In this document: in pieces, positions 45,566 through 62,739 of the stretch
Numbering within the stretch: position 1 is the stretch's first letter
How the letters are laid out: each line of letters starts with the position of its first letter
Assembly (NCBI GenBank): GCA_964016885.1
Contig: OZ024759.1
Coordinates: forward strand, 36,828,001 to 36,892,000
Source of the DNA: Eledone cirrhosa
Lineage: Eukaryota
Direction: 5' to 3'
DNA length: 64,000 nucleotides
Notes under the pieces: generated by a model
What the model saw: the letters and a program-made list of their open reading frames with translations, nothing else
Told to the model about the DNA's origin: nothing
The model's database searches: none
Program-made: the position numbers and the translations under genes

Positions 45566-46301
45566 GGCCACAATTCTAATTCCTTCGTTGCAATAAGAAC
45601 GATTAATGACCTGTAATGTCAATGATCAAAGCAATGTGTTGTGTTTTGGGTAATAACTCCAGCCTTGAGAGAAGCAATCAAACGTGTTCTTGGGTTGTGA
45701 GGAGGACAACCCAATCAACCTCTTCCTCTTATCATCGAACGTTGGGTCTAATCGGATCACATTCTGTGTGATAGAAAAGATGATGGTTAAGGCAAGGAAT
45801 TTGACGAGTCATTGTAGCGTTGAATTAAAGATGTATTGGCATTTGTTCCAGATTTACTGCGATCTGAGTTCAAATCCCACCAAGGTCAACTTTACTATTC
45901 GTTATTTCGGGATCAAGAAGTAAAATAAATACGAAAGTAGTACTTGAGAGTCGAGACTTATTATATCTTCATTTTTTTTCTGGAAGGGATCCGTAGTGTT
46001 CCGATCTGATGGACCTCGTCAGGTTTAAACTGCGCATAACATGGCGTGAGATTCATGACTGTGACATTAAGATTAGATTACGAGTTGAGGACCATTTCTT
46101 TACTTTTTATAGCTAACTATGATGGTCAGGTGACAGCAGTCTTTCTCATAGTCTGAAGTAAATATTTGGACCAATATTATTGACGAAACATGAGAAGTTC
46201 GTACCTCAACATAGGAACGTTCCGATAGAACTAGTAATGGAATACAAACGAAATTAAAATAATACACATATATACGAATATATATATATATATATACATA
46301 C

Positions 46302-46353
<52 letters not shown>

Positions 46354-46739
46354 GTATATATGTGTATGTATATATATATATATATATATCCATTTTGACC
46401 GTGGGAACGTATCTAACTGTATTTACTCAGATATAGAGAGATAGAGAGAGAGAGAGATAGAGAGAGAGATGGTTAGAGACCCATACAAACATGGATATAT
46501 TTAATTGCTTTTCTTGTTATAAGAAAATTTACATATATTTCACATATTTGTACACACGCACATGTATATATACATGTATACACACATATACATAGATGTA
46601 TACACACATACACACATACATACATACATAATATACAAAACTATAATTACACCTTATATATAAATACACACCCACATATATAATATACAGTATATATATA
46701 AATATTTATATATTAACACTTATATATATATATTTTAAC

Positions 46740-49090
<2,351 letters not shown>

Positions 49091-49961
49091 ACACACAGTA
49101 GTATATATACACAGTGTGTATATTGTTGTCAGTTTTTATTGCTTTAATCAACACAGTCCTTTCCGTTAATCCTTCACCAAACCTTATCCGAAATTATTAA
49201 AGCGGTTGTGAACCTTAAATCTTTCCAGATGTCCTGCTCCGCCCTTACACACCCTGTTTTCTCTTCCCTTCTCTCTCTCTCTCTCACACACTATTTCTTT
49301 CTCTCTCTGTCTCCCCTTCTCTCTCACTTTCTTTCTATCTATCTCTCTCTCTCTAGATATCTCTTGAAAAGTCTCTGTCTGTCAAGATATATATGTATGT
49401 ATGTATATATATATATATATTTATATATTTGTGTGTATATATAGGTATATATATATATATATACAAACATACATATATATATATATGTGTGTGTGTGTGT
49501 ATATAGGTATAATTATGTTTGTGTGTTTTCGGAAGGTAAAATTCTGTTTCTCCCACCCCTTAATCCTGTTTCTCTCAACAAAAGCACGGGGTGTGCAACA
49601 TTTCAGCTCAATCAGACAATCAAATGCCTTAAAGTTGCAACATAGTATACGCAACGATTAATTCTGTTCAAAAGCGGTATATCGTTCACTATCTTGACCA
49701 TTTTCTTTTTTCTTCTTAGAAAAATTTATATGGACACATCTAGACAACCCCAGTAAATGTTTAAAAACGTTCTGAATCAAATTTACCAATAGTTAATTTG
49801 AAAAATTCCTGAAATCACATGAAAAACTTAAATATTGGGTTTTCTTAATAAAGCACACGTCTTCTATAGGAGAAACATATTTATTTACAACAATAATTTC
49901 TATAGATTCAAAAATATAATGTCAACACTGAACACTGAATATTGAACATTATTTTTGCATA

Positions 49962-50148
49962 GGGCTGTGGATTGGCAGTTCCGGTAAAGGGTCGGACGCC
50001 ATGATTTGACGCATAGAGTTACGGCCCTTGCCATTCTGAGTTCAAATCCAGCCGAGGTTAACTTTACCTTTCATCCTTATGGGGTCGATAAAATAAAGTA
50101 CCAGTAATGTACTGAGTAATTGCTGGCCTTGTGTCAAAAGTAGAAACA
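49962..50148 (+). mobile_element. SINE family 1, full length, with 14-bp TSD
   Basis: ATTATTTTTGCATA at 49948-49961 and 50149-50162. Confidence 0.92.
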
Positions 50149-50169
50149 ATTATTTTTGCATAAGAGAGA

Positions 50170-50500
50170 ATTTAGTGGCAGTTGGGTATATTTTACGGTT
50201 TTCGGTAAGAATCTGTAAAACAAATTGTTTCTCAGTTTCATCTTTTGTGTGAATGTTATTGTAATCCTGAATGAGTTTGACACCTCTTTCTGCAACATCA
50301 TTCACAACAACTGTCTTCTCAAGTTTTTCAAGTCCACTTTTGTAACCAGGATCATCCTTCCATTTTGAAGGGTCTTTGTCGAGGAAATCGGTGCTGATAG
50401 AAAATTCTTGTGAAGAAAGTTTTTGTACCAGGAGTTACAAAAGAGGGAAACTCGATGTTTGTAAAGGAAGAAAAGTCAGACTGGGGGATGGAAGGAAGTG
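50170..50500 (-). pseudogene. DNA transposase C-terminal remnant (Sola2-like)
   Basis: VVVNDVAERGVKLIQDYNNIHTKDETEKQFVLQILTENRKIYP; the superfamily assignment is from recollection of the VND.AERGVKL motif. Confidence 0.55.
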
Positions 50501-52190
50501 GAGAGGATAGAGGGGTTATCTGACATAGAACTGCAGTAGAGTGGGGGGGGGGGATTGTTGTTACTGTCATTGCCGTTGTTGTTGTTGTTGTTATTATTGC
50601 TATTGTTACAGTTGTTGTTGTTGTTGTTATCACCTCTCTACAATGGTAAAGTGTCAGCCATGAAATCTCTTCTCAGTCAGTTTTATGACCGACCACCAAA
50701 TATCTGATGGATCACTTCTTTGGGACCTCTTATCTTGTTGTTGTTGTTGTAGCCCTATATAACCACCACCACCATCCCCATCTTAATCTCCACCACCATC
50801 TTAAATTTCACCACCACCACCACTATCCCAAACACCGCCATCATCATTATCGTTATCATCGCCGAATTCTTCGTCGCCATGTTCTTGAAGTTAATGTTGT
50901 TGTTGTTGTTCTTCTTCTTCTCATCACACTAATAGAACCATAACCATCATCATCACCATCATCATCACCATCTCCATCATCACCATCATCATCACCATCA
51001 TCATCACCATCTCCATCGTCCTCATTATCACCATCTTCATCATCGCCATTTCCGTTCTTCACCGTTACAAACTTCGTCTATCACGACACCACCGCCACCA
51101 CCATCATCAACACCGCCACCACCATCATCAACACTAATACCACCACGACCAACATTATCAGCACCACCACCACCACCACCACCACCACTATCAACACCAC
51201 CACCACTATCAACACCACCACCACCATCAACACCACCACCACCACCATCAATACCACCGCCGCCACCACCGCCGCCACCATCAACACCACCACCACCACC
51301 ATCAATACCACCGCCGCCACCATCAACACCACCACCACCACCATTATCAACACCACCACCACCACTATCAACACCACCACCACCATCAACACCACCACCA
51401 CCATCAACACCATCAACACCACCACCACCACCATTATCAACACCACCACCACCGCCTCCATCAACACCACCACCGCCACTATTTTAGTGAGATGATAGAA
51501 TTATGATGTGTAGCCAGGACAAAACATTGATTTGTTGAGTCAACAACATTTATATGGAATAAATGGTGGGGGGTAGTAGTGGTGGTGGTGGTGGTGGTGG
51601 TGCTGGTGGTAGTGGTGTTGCTGGTAGTGGTGATGGTGTTGCTGGTGGTGGTGGTGGGTGGTTGTGGTGGTGGTGGTGGTGCTGGTATTGACCATACTGA
51701 GAGTGGATGAGGATTAAAGAAGGAAGAAGCGAAAGAAAGGAAATGGAGAGGTGATGATGATGAGGAGGAGGGGGAATAGGAAGAGGTGGGGGCTAGCGAG
51801 GCAGGAGGGGGCGATGGTATGTTTGTAATGGTGGCTAGTCTGTGAGAGGTGTCAATTGTTTTATGACTTTTAATTGCCGTACTGATAAGGTGAATGGCTT
51901 CTCTTACTGATGAGAGCTGATCATGTTGTTGTCGTTGTTATTGTCGTTGTGGTTGTTGTTGTCGTTGTGGTTGTTGTTGTTGTTGTCGTTCTTATTGTGG
52001 TTGTTGTTGTTGTTGTCGTTCTTATTGTGGTTGTTGTTGTATTCGTAGCACTATACAACCACCATCTTAAACTTCACCATCACCACCACTACTACCGCCA
52101 CCACCACCATCTTAAACTTCACCGCCACTATCACCACCGTCGTCATTATCGTTATCATCGCTGTCTTCTTCGCTGTCTTCTTCGCCGCCA

Positions 52191-52272
52191 TGTTCTAGTC
52201 CTGTAGAAGCCATTTCTATATTAAATATTTATACTCTCTGCTATGTATTGAGTACCTTACTTACTGTGGTAT
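52191..52272 (+). mobile_element. 5'-truncated family C fragment
   Basis: GTTCTAGTCCTGTAGAAG..CTATGTATTGAGTACCTTACTTACTGTGGT. Confidence 0.75.
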
Positions 52273-52998
52273 ATATATATATGTGTGTGTGTGTATATAT
52301 ATAAGTAACTTACTTACTGTGGTATATATATGGTAGATATATATAGACAAGATGGCGGCCACTTGAATAACATTGTAAGAAATAAGTAACGACGACTGGA
52401 CATTTCTAAGAAGGTGGATGACGATGTGGATAAGGATTATGAGGACGAGGGGGGGGGGGGGTGACGACAACGATGAAGACGATGTCGATGACGACGATGT
52501 CGATAACGACGATGACAGTGATGATGATGGTGATGACAACGACAATGGCGAACATGAAGAAGAAGAAGCAAATAAGGCACAAAATAAATAAATAAAATAA
52601 ATAAATAAATAAAATAAAATAAAAAAGAAAGAAAAAAAGAGAAAGAGAGAAAGTAATAAAGTAGTTAGAAGTCAAATAAAAACAAAGCCGAGTTTCAAAT
52701 TTCATAAGTATTTATTCTGAAGAAATTTTATTTTTTCCCTTCGACCTGTTTTAGTGCGGGATTCCATTCTTGTTACCAAAGTGGAATTCTTCATGGTACC
52801 AAACTATGGAATCACAGTAGAGTGTTGCTCTCTTATCTTAACCAATCTTTCACTGTGGTATCAATTTACATAGTTTATTAATTCTGCTATGATGTATGAG
52901 AGGTTTTTCTACAATTGTGTACAATATATTTATATTTATATATGGCATGCTGTATAGATGTGTGTTTTTGTGTATATATATATATACAAATATATATC

Positions 52999-53056
<58 letters not shown>

Positions 53057-53269
53057 TGTATGTATATGTGTATGAGTGGTTTTTCTACAATTGGTACAAT
53101 ATATTTATATATTTATATATGCCATGCTGTATGGATGTGTGGATGGAATTGTGTTTGTATGTATATATGTGTGTGTATATGTATGTATGCATATGTATGT
53201 GTTTATATATGTATGTAATATGTATGCTTGTCTATGTGTATATATATTTGTTTGTATATATTTGTATGT

Positions 53270-55325
53270 GCGTATCTTAGTCTTAGTTCCTCCAGACCCT
53301 TGTGGAACATTGGGCGACGAGCATCCTCCACTTGATCCTGTCACTGGCGGCCCTTCTAGCACCTCTCCAGGTAATTCCCATCTCCCGCAGGTCCTCCCTG
53401 ATAGATTTTTGTGTCTATTGTGACAATCTTCCAGTATCATTTTGTTAACCAAAAGCTGATCCTTACAGCCATAGCCTCGTTTACACCCTTTCTGCTCATT
53501 AGGAAATAGGTCTTTTGTTATCAGGTGGTCATATGTATATACAGTTAGGACTGATGTTAAAATGTTATACATTGTGGTCAAGCAAGTTATCGGTCTATAA
53601 TTTTTGGGATTGTTTGTCTCATCATTCTTCGGAAGCAGGAATGTAATGCCGTTAACTAGCCATGATGGTATCTTTTCTGGCTCCTTAACTATTTCATTGT
53701 AAAGTTGGGCTAACAGCTCATGAGACTCTGTGAAGGCATTTATCCAAAAATGTGGTATTTTGTCTTTTCCTGGGGATTTCCATTTGCTGGTTTTTCTAAA
53801 AGCCAAACGCAACTGTTCAACTGTTATATTTTCCCATATTTGTTCCTCAAGGTGAGCTGTATCTTTCATTTGTTTGTCTATCGATGGGGCATGTATATTA
53901 TGAACTTTTTCTTCGGCCCAGATCTTTTCCCAGAATTCTTGCACTTCCTCCTTGGGTGGTATTGATTTAGCAGTTATGTTGACTTGCCAATTTTTCTGTA
54001 GAAGTTCCTTATAGAATCTAGATCGTTTTTCAAAGCGCCTTATACGAGCAGCTTTCTCCGACACTTTTTGCTTGGTTATTTCTATCAGCATGTCTATGTC
54101 ACTTGTTGAGTTTATACTGCATTTTCTTTTCAATTTTCTAAGTTTAGTTTGTTTAACATGTTCACCTACTTTGTAGTTTGTTAAAATTTCTATGTCAGAT
54201 CGGAGAAGGTTTATTTGGCGATTGATGTTCTCTTGCCAAGTAGATTTCTTGTTGGAATTCCTTTGTTTATTCATTTTCACTCCACATAAGTGAGTGGTGA
54301 CTTTAGCCGATGCATAATAGAGATGATTTAAATCAGTAATGTTTAGTTTGTTTGTGATGATAATGTTTTTGAGAATTATGTTAGTCTTGTGTATTATCTT
54401 TTGGTTTTGTTTGGAGTTCTGGATCTTAGGGAGGGTGTCTCGTTCCCCCATGTCAGATTCTTTCATTTTCATCCATTCGATCATAATTTCATCCTTCAAG
54501 TTGGCAAGTTCATTCTCATTCATTTCTTTATCATTTACGATCTCATTGTTTTCATTTTGAGTTTCATCTTGAGCATGCACTCTCTCCACTTTTTCGATCC
54601 TTTCTTTAATTTGTTCTGTTGTCAGTGATTCCGCCCCAACCCTGGGATTCGAAGTGTTACAATTTACCTCGTTTTCACTGACACATGTTTCATTTTCCCT
54701 TCGCTGACTTTGTGCTAATAGCTTGATCTGATCAATTTCTATATCAGTTAGTAACTTTTTTTTAACAATATTTCTTCGTATATTGACTAGTTTGTTACTG
54801 TCAATATAGCTTCTGTTTTCGGGATGTTTCTTTTTTCAGTTGATATATGTCTGTTCTGTATTCGATGTATTTGATGGGTAGTACATGGCAGTGTAGAAAA
54901 CCTCAAGGACTTCTTTATTATCTTCCCTTGACCATTTTTCTCTCTTTTTCTTTGGATTGCTTGGTGGTGAGCATGGAGGTCCAACAGTAGGAGTATTCCG
55001 GTTATGGGAGGTCTCCAGCTCTGAAGTGATGGGAACGTTTGAACCATTAGCTGATTTTTCGACCCCAGTCTGGTTCCTCTCTGAGGGACGCGGCCCTTTT
55101 TTACCCGGGTGACGGCCGATCCGGTATGAGATTTTATCATTTGACATTTACTTTATTTTGTCGCGTTTTATCCTTATCCGCCAAGGGGTAATCATTTCGT
55201 GTTACCATTTCTAAGACGAGTGTCAACCAGACTAGAGGCGTCGTCCTCCCCTAGAGACACGGCTATTCCCCGCCGGCCGCCATCCCGGTATTTCTTGGTC
55301 ACGGGTTTTCTTTTTTGTTGTTTTT
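53270..55325 (-). mobile_element. R4/Dong-like non-LTR retrotransposon, truncated within RT
   Basis: WKSPGKDKI..FW, NYRPITCLTTMYNILT, EQKGC..GCKDQLLVNKMIL..KNLS; N-terminal REKWSREDNKEV; homology ends at ~53400, before the catalytic motifs. Confidence 0.82.
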
Positions 55326-56864
55326 TAAATTATTATTATCATGAGTGGTTCCTTAATGTGAGCATTGCATGGCTTAAGAATGAAATTATTAATAATATAA
55401 TATACTTTTTGCTGAAGTTGCCTGTTATTGTTGTTGGCTATGTCGGTGGTGGTGCTGGGGCTTTTTCTATTGTTGGTGGGGAAGGGGGGAGCCAGCAGTG
55501 CCATAGTCGTTGACATTTGACAGTCACTAAGTCAATCTATTTATATCTTTTGCTAGCCTCTCCCTTGTCTAGTGATACCGCCACCTTTCCCTTTCTTAAG
55601 TTAACAGAAGGTAATGGGGCAATAGTGGTGGTAGCAATGAAGGAGTGGTGGCGGCGGTGATGGGATAGTGGTAGTAATGATGGATGGAGTGGTGGCGGTG
55701 GTGACTATAGTGATGGCGTTGTCGTTACTGAGTTTTGTTGAATGGACTGTAGTTTGTTTGATCTGTGTATCTATGTGGTTTGTCGCGTATGTTTAATATG
55801 TGTTGACATATTTTCTTAATATTTGAATTAAACATTTTGAGAAAACTTGAGACACAATAATAATAATAATTATTATTATGCTGGGATTGGTGGTGGTGGT
55901 GGTGAAATTGCCGTTATCTGGCTGTTGTATTTAGTGTACACAGAGGGGTGATGGGATAGGTGGTGTATCTAGTTTGTGGTGTTGGTGAAATTGCTGTTAT
56001 TTGGCTGTTCTATATAGTGTAGACAGAGGGGGTTTTTTTCTTCCATTTATAACCATTTTCTTTTTTGAATATAAAATTTATAATACAAAATTGAATATTT
56101 GAACGATATAACAAGATATTATGGATCCGAATTTTCTGAGAGTTGAGTCTGGTGCTTTATGTATCATTTGTACTAAGAATTGTTATATCACAATTGTTTT
56201 AAATATGTTAAAAATCAAAAACTTACGGGAGCGATTTCATGACCTTCTATCCACCACGTGCGTCTTCTTCCCTTATTCTTCTTCTTCTTATTCTTCTTCT
56301 TCTTATTATTATTATCATTACTTACAGACAGACATATATATGTGTGTATGTAATTATACATATGTAAATGAGTGTGTGTCCACGCATATGCATATGAAAT
56401 ACATGTATATATATATATATATACATCGATACATATATACATATATATATATATATATGTATATATAACTATATATATATATAGATAGATATAGATATAT
56501 ATATATAGATATATATAGATATAGATAGATATAGATAGATATAGATAGATATAGATAGATATAGATAGATAGATATAGATATATATAGATATAGATAGTT
56601 ATAGATATAGATAGTTATAGATATAGATAGATATATACATATATATATACATAGATAGATATATACATATATATATATATATACATATATATATACATAG
56701 ATACATATATATATATATAGATACATATATATATATATATAGATATAGATAGATATATACATATATATATACATAGATACATTTATATATAAATATATAT
56801 ATATAGATATAGATATATAGATATAGATAGATATATACATATAGATATATATAGATATAGATAG

Positions 56865-56909
<45 letters not shown>

Positions 56910-57058
56910 TATATATATATATGTACTAACGTAATGTATAATAACATTTAATCTTTTTAAAAATTCTAGGAATGTAATTACAGCTTAATTGCTCAGAATC
57001 CAATCCTTTTCGCGTCGCTGTCTGAGGAATTTCAGATTTCTCTTTTATTCAAAATACC

Positions 57059-57235
57059 CATACATACATACATACATACATACATACATACATACATACA
57101 TACATACATACATACATACATACATACATACATACATACATACATACATACATACATACATACATACATACATACATACATACATACATACATACATACA
57201 TACATACATACATACATACATACACATACATACAT
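57059..57235. repeat. Near-pure (CATA)n
   Basis: Seen directly. Confidence 0.95.
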
Positions 57236-57427
57236 GCACTTAGAGATATAGAAATATATGGATATATATACATGTAATTATGTAAATATATATATATATA
57301 TACAGTATATACATCCCGTACATTCATCCCGTATACATATATATATATATTCATATACACACATATATATATATATATACATACATACATCTATATATTC
57401 ATATACACACATATGTGTATATATATA

Positions 57428-57468
<41 letters not shown>

Positions 57469-57521
57469 ATACATACGTATATATTTATATATAAGTATAT
57501 ATATTCATATATATATATATA

Positions 57522-57580
57522 CATACATCTATACATATATTGATATATATATATATATATATATACATCTATACATATAT

Positions 57581-57621
<41 letters not shown>

Positions 57622-57672
57622 TATACATATATTGATATATATATATATATATATATACATCTATACATATAT

Positions 57673-57711
<39 letters not shown>

Positions 57712-57722
57712 TATACATATAT

Positions 57723-57773
<51 letters not shown>

Positions 57774-57784
57774 TATACATATAT

Positions 57785-57827
<43 letters not shown>

Positions 57828-57840
57828 TATACATATATTG

Positions 57841-57860
<20 letters not shown>
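57522..57860. repeat. CATCTATACATATATTG-(AT)n minisatellite, ~7 units
   Basis: Constant 17-mer separated by variable AT runs. Confidence 0.9.
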
Positions 57861-57897
<37 letters not shown>

Positions 57898-58120
57898 GTC
57901 AATATTTAGTTCTTCTCTGTACAACACAATGTCTATAAATGATATTAGGCCAATATAAATAATTCTGCTAATCTTCATGTTATCATCATGTCAAGTTATT
58001 TTGTCGACTCACCATTAATCTTCGCTTGGATATTATGTTCTTCGTAGAATACATATATATATATATATATGACATATATATATATACATGCATATATATA
58101 TATATATACATACATACATA

Positions 58121-58165
<45 letters not shown>

Positions 58166-59039
58166 GCATACATACACTTACAAACATACATACTCTCTCA
58201 CATAGATAAATATAAATAAATAATTACGTACGTACATGTATATATATATATAATATATATATAATATATATAATATATATATATATATATATTCATACAT
58301 GTGAATAAATAAATACATACATACGAATATATAAACATACATACATATATGTGTGTGTATATGTGATTGTCTGTATATTTTTTTCGGACAGATTTCCGAA
58401 TATGTCTAGCCACGTAAATCGTCTGATCTGATGCTGTGTGTGTGTGTCTGTGTGCGTGTGAGAGAGAGTGTGTGTGTGTGAGTGAGAGAGAGAGAGAGAG
58501 GGAGAGAGAGAGAGAGATATGATGATGATTGATAATTCTCACTTCCTGGCAAAAATCTAACAGCAATAAAATCTAACTGTATTCTTTCCAGCTTTTATAT
58601 CAGTTTAAATTCGGCCGAGTTATATTTTGTCTTTCATACTTTTGAAGGTCGATAAATATGTTAACAGTTTGGGTCAGTGGATTGGAGAGAATATATGTCT
58701 ACACGTGCTTGTTCCAACTTTTTTCTGTTCTGTGTTTAATAAACCACCGCGGCCAACTTATTTGGGAAAGTTTAACCGTCGGTCGCTTTAAAACTACCCC
58801 TGGTAGTTGCGTACCTTCAACGTGTTCAAATCTTTTGATGGCATTGGAGCCTGATCACAATTCAGAGGTTACCTTCTCCATCGTCTCCTATCAATGTCTG
58901 TGGACTTGGGGAAAGAAAAGCACCGGCTAACTGTTTCTTGTCATCTTTCCGAGTTCGATAAAATAAAGCTAAATTGTGGTCCTTGTGAAACCATTTCATC
59001 TTGTCTTAATAAATGCAACTTATGTGGGTTCCTTTTTCC

Positions 59040-59225
59040 TTTTATCTTAATGTAGCTGTCAGGCTCTTGGATTGAACAACGGGCAACCTTTGCATACGTT
59101 TTACGTTTGGCTACTGTTGTAACATCAGAAGCTTCCAGCTCTTTGTTTTAAAATTTGTAAACTCTAACAATAAAAGCCCGTGCCACTTTCAGGAAGCGAG
59201 TAATCTCTGAATCACTCTCCAATGC
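59040..59225 (-). pseudogene. Possible Tc1/mariner-type transposase N-terminal remnant
   Basis: SDSEITRFLKVARAFIVRV..KELEASD..VAKRK, HTH-like; heavily decayed. Confidence 0.4.
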
Positions 59226-59227
59226 CT

Positions 59228-59881
59228 TTAACCCTTTAGCATTTAAACCGGCCATATCCGGCCAGAATTCTCTCACCTCTTTCTGTTCTAACTGGCTGTC
59301 ACTCATACTGATGTTAAGATATTGTTCTCAAAATAAACAATATCAAAATCTCATAGATTTTAATTTATTGTTTCTACTTTTGGCACAAGGCCAGCAATTA
59401 TCCCAGTGCATTACTGGTAGTTTATTTTATCGACCACGTATGGATGAAAGGTAAAGTTAACCTCGGCGGGATTTGAACTCAGAATGGCAAGGGCCGTAAC
59501 TCTATGCGTCAAAGCATGGTGTCTGACCCTCTACCGATACTGCCAATCCACTATTATGTGAGATAATTATGTGAGGTAAAGCCTTAACTGTAAAAATACA
59601 ATAGTATGTGTGTGTGCAGGTTCAGCTGGCCTCCTCCAAGGTATATCTCGTTGGAGGTATCGTGGGTAATTTAATGATAGGGACCCCAGTCCTATCATCT
59701 CATTTCTACAGCTGAGTAAACTGGAGCAACGTGAAATAAAGTGTCTTGTTCAAGGAAACAACACATCACTCGGTCCGAGAATTGAACTCACAACCGTTCG
59801 ATTGCAAGCCAATGCTCTAACTACTAAGCCATGCGCCTGCACAATGGTATACATAGAGTAATGTAAATACTAAAGGGTTAA
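59228..59881. mobile_element. TTAA-flanked piggyBac-like MITE with two nested SINEs
   Basis: TTAA|CCCTTTAGCATTTA ... TAAATACTAAAGGG|TTAA. SINE family 1 at ~59365-59552 (-); SINE family 3 at ~59608-59840 (-) flanked by ACAATRGTAT. Confidence 0.78.
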
Positions 59882-60626
59882 GACAACGATTATTTTATAA
59901 CCCTTTGAACTTATATTTGTTACGATGCGAGGGTACTTACAATTTTATCTCGGGTGTAACTTCCGACAACAAAACGTGAGATTTTCAAGCGAGACTCCAA
60001 CCGAACCGCTGACAACGAAACACGTTGCTTATTCCTAATAGTCCACCGAATCCGTTTCTTTAATCCCAAAAGGGTGTTCACCACAACAGACTATTACATG
60101 TCTTGCTGACTTTGCTTAGTTTGCTTGATGTTTCATTTATCTGAAGAGAAATGATAATCAAAACAAGTTAGAATAAAGTGTTAGAGCAATTAAAAGAAAC
60201 TAAGTGACCCTGTATATATTAAGTCTGGTTGAGGGTATTTTAATACCATGCCATCAGATTGTGTTACACCACATCAACAGTAGATCAAGAACGGTGGATA
60301 CATATATTTCACTGTCATTACATGTCGTCAGCAGTTGCTTACTTATGCTACATCACGCTATGTTAGTGCTTCTAGTTTGACAATAATCTGGCAGTTCGTC
60401 CTTTTTTTATGGTGGTGGTGGTTGTGGTGGCGTTGGTGGAGGTGGAGTGTTTATTTATAACTTTGTAGGATTGTTTGTAAAACACATGTATATTTAAATT
60501 TTAAACTAAGAGTGTATATGGTATTATATAGACACGTACGCAAACAGACATAAATATACATTCACCCATATCCACTGACATTTATATATATGTATATATA
60601 TATTTGTTTATATATACATATATATA

Positions 60627-60666
<40 letters not shown>

Positions 60667-60674
60667 TATATGTT

Positions 60675-60732
<58 letters not shown>

Positions 60733-61075
60733 TATGTTTATATGTTTGTGTGTGTGTATATATATATATATATACATACAAGTGTTTATCATGTTTCTGC
60801 TGAACATTATTCCTTTTCAGATATCAAATGTGTAAATATTTTTGGTGGGGCAGGGATTGATTTCTTTCTGTAGTCTCATACTACTACCTCTACCACCTCC
60901 TCCACCTCTACCATTACCACCACCTCCACTACTACCACCTTCACTACCACCACCTCCGCTACTACCACTTCTACCACCACCTCCACTACCACAATAACCA
61001 CCAACGGCAATGCAACTCTAACACCGCAATTACAAAAACTGCCACCACAACAACTACCAAAACAACCACAACCAT

Positions 61076-62050
61076 CTCTAGGTGTTTCACAACACTTTAG
61101 TGTGTCACAACACTCTAGTATGTCATCAATAATCTGTTGATGTGTCACAACACTTTAATAACACCAATAATCTCTAGATGTGTCACAACACTTTAGTATG
61201 CCACCAATAATCTCTAGATGTCTTACAACACTTTAGTATGTCACCAATAAACTCTAGGTATGTCACAACACTTTACTGTGCCACCAATAATCTCTAGATA
61301 TCTCACAACATTTTAGTATGCCACCAATAAACTCTAGATGTCTCACAACACTTTAGTATGCCACCAATAAACTCTAGATGTGTCACAGCAATTTAGTATG
61401 TCACCAATAAACTCTAGATGTCTCACAACACTTTAGTATGCCACCAATAAACTCTAGATGTGTCACAGCAATTTAGTATGTCACCAATAAACTCTAGATG
61501 TCTCACAACACTTTAGTATGTCACCAATAAACTCTAGATGTGTCACAACACTTTAGTATGTCACCAATAATCTCTAGATGTCTCACAACACTTTAGTATG
61601 TCACCAATAAACTCTAGATGTGTCACAACACTTTAGTATGTCACCAATAAACTCTAGATGTGTCACAATACTTTAGTATGCCACCAATAATCTCTAGATG
61701 TGTCACAACACTTTAGTATGTCACCAATAAACTCTAGATGTCTTACAACACTTTAGTATGCCACCAATAAACTCTAGATGTCTCACGACACTTTAGTATG
61801 CCACCAATAAACTCTAGATGTGTCACAACACTTTAGTATGCCACCAATAAACTCTAGATGTGTCACAGCAATTTAGTATGTCACCAATAAACTCTAGATG
61901 TGTCACAACACTTTAGTATGTCACCAATAATCTCTAGATGTCTCACAACACTTTAGTATGTCACCAATAAACTCTAGATGTGTCACAACACTTTAGTATG
62001 CCACCAATAAACTCTAGATGTGTCACAATACTTTAGTATGCCACCAATAA
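61076..62050. repeat. 40-bp tandem satellite, ~23 copies
   Basis: CTCTAGATGTGTCACAACACTTTAGTATG(T/C)CACCAATAA(A/T), period 40, no unique spacers. Confidence 0.97.
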
Positions 62051-62739
62051 TATTTAGGTTTGTTCTAAAATTAAATGAAATCATATCAAATGTTTATATT
62101 TTTACTTACAAATGTTATTGTTGAGATTTCTTATAAGGGTTCCGCAATAAAATAAATTTGTGGATGACTGGGAACTTCAATCGGGGCTGATGACCTGGTA
62201 ATGATGAGGGACTAAACTACCACAAACATCTCCACCACCACAACAACAACCACTTCCAACGGTCCATCTTTGCCATCTCCACCCTTACGTTAATTCAACC
62301 TGCAATTTAGACAAGTGTGTTAATACATACAGTATGTTCTGGTGTAAAACAACACATGTTAGAGATTTCACGTTTTTTTATTCCATCAAGAAATTCAATA
62401 CTTGAAGCAGTTTTTTGTGTTTATTTAAAAAACTAGTAAAGAACTGTTAGTCGCCATTTTTTATTGGTTGGCTTCATTTTAGTCATTGTTGTTGTTTAGC
62501 CCCAGGTCAATCTTGATTGAGCAGAACTAGGATTAAAAAAGCATTCCAACAATCCTATAATGTTCTTTCTTTCTTTCCTTCCTTCCTTTCTTTCTTTTTT
62601 CTTTCTTTCTTTTTTTCTTTCTTTCTTTTCTTTGTTTTCGAGTTTAGTAATTATCAAGCAAGCCTGTTGCCAGATCAGAGGCATTCTAGATATGACCAAC
62701 TCGCCATTTAGTATATTATTGACTACAATAATGATTATA

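Noticed and set aside
51900-51930. CTGATGAG hammerhead-like core (also 1756-1763 on -)
   Set aside because: No downstream stem II-GAAA or pairing stem I
57522-57860. Constant repeat with variable spacers (also 24700-25420)
   Set aside because: The spacers are only variable-length TA runs, consistent with slippage
61076-62050. CRISPR-like regular array
   Set aside because: Head-to-tail units with no unique spacers, no cas genes, eukaryotic context
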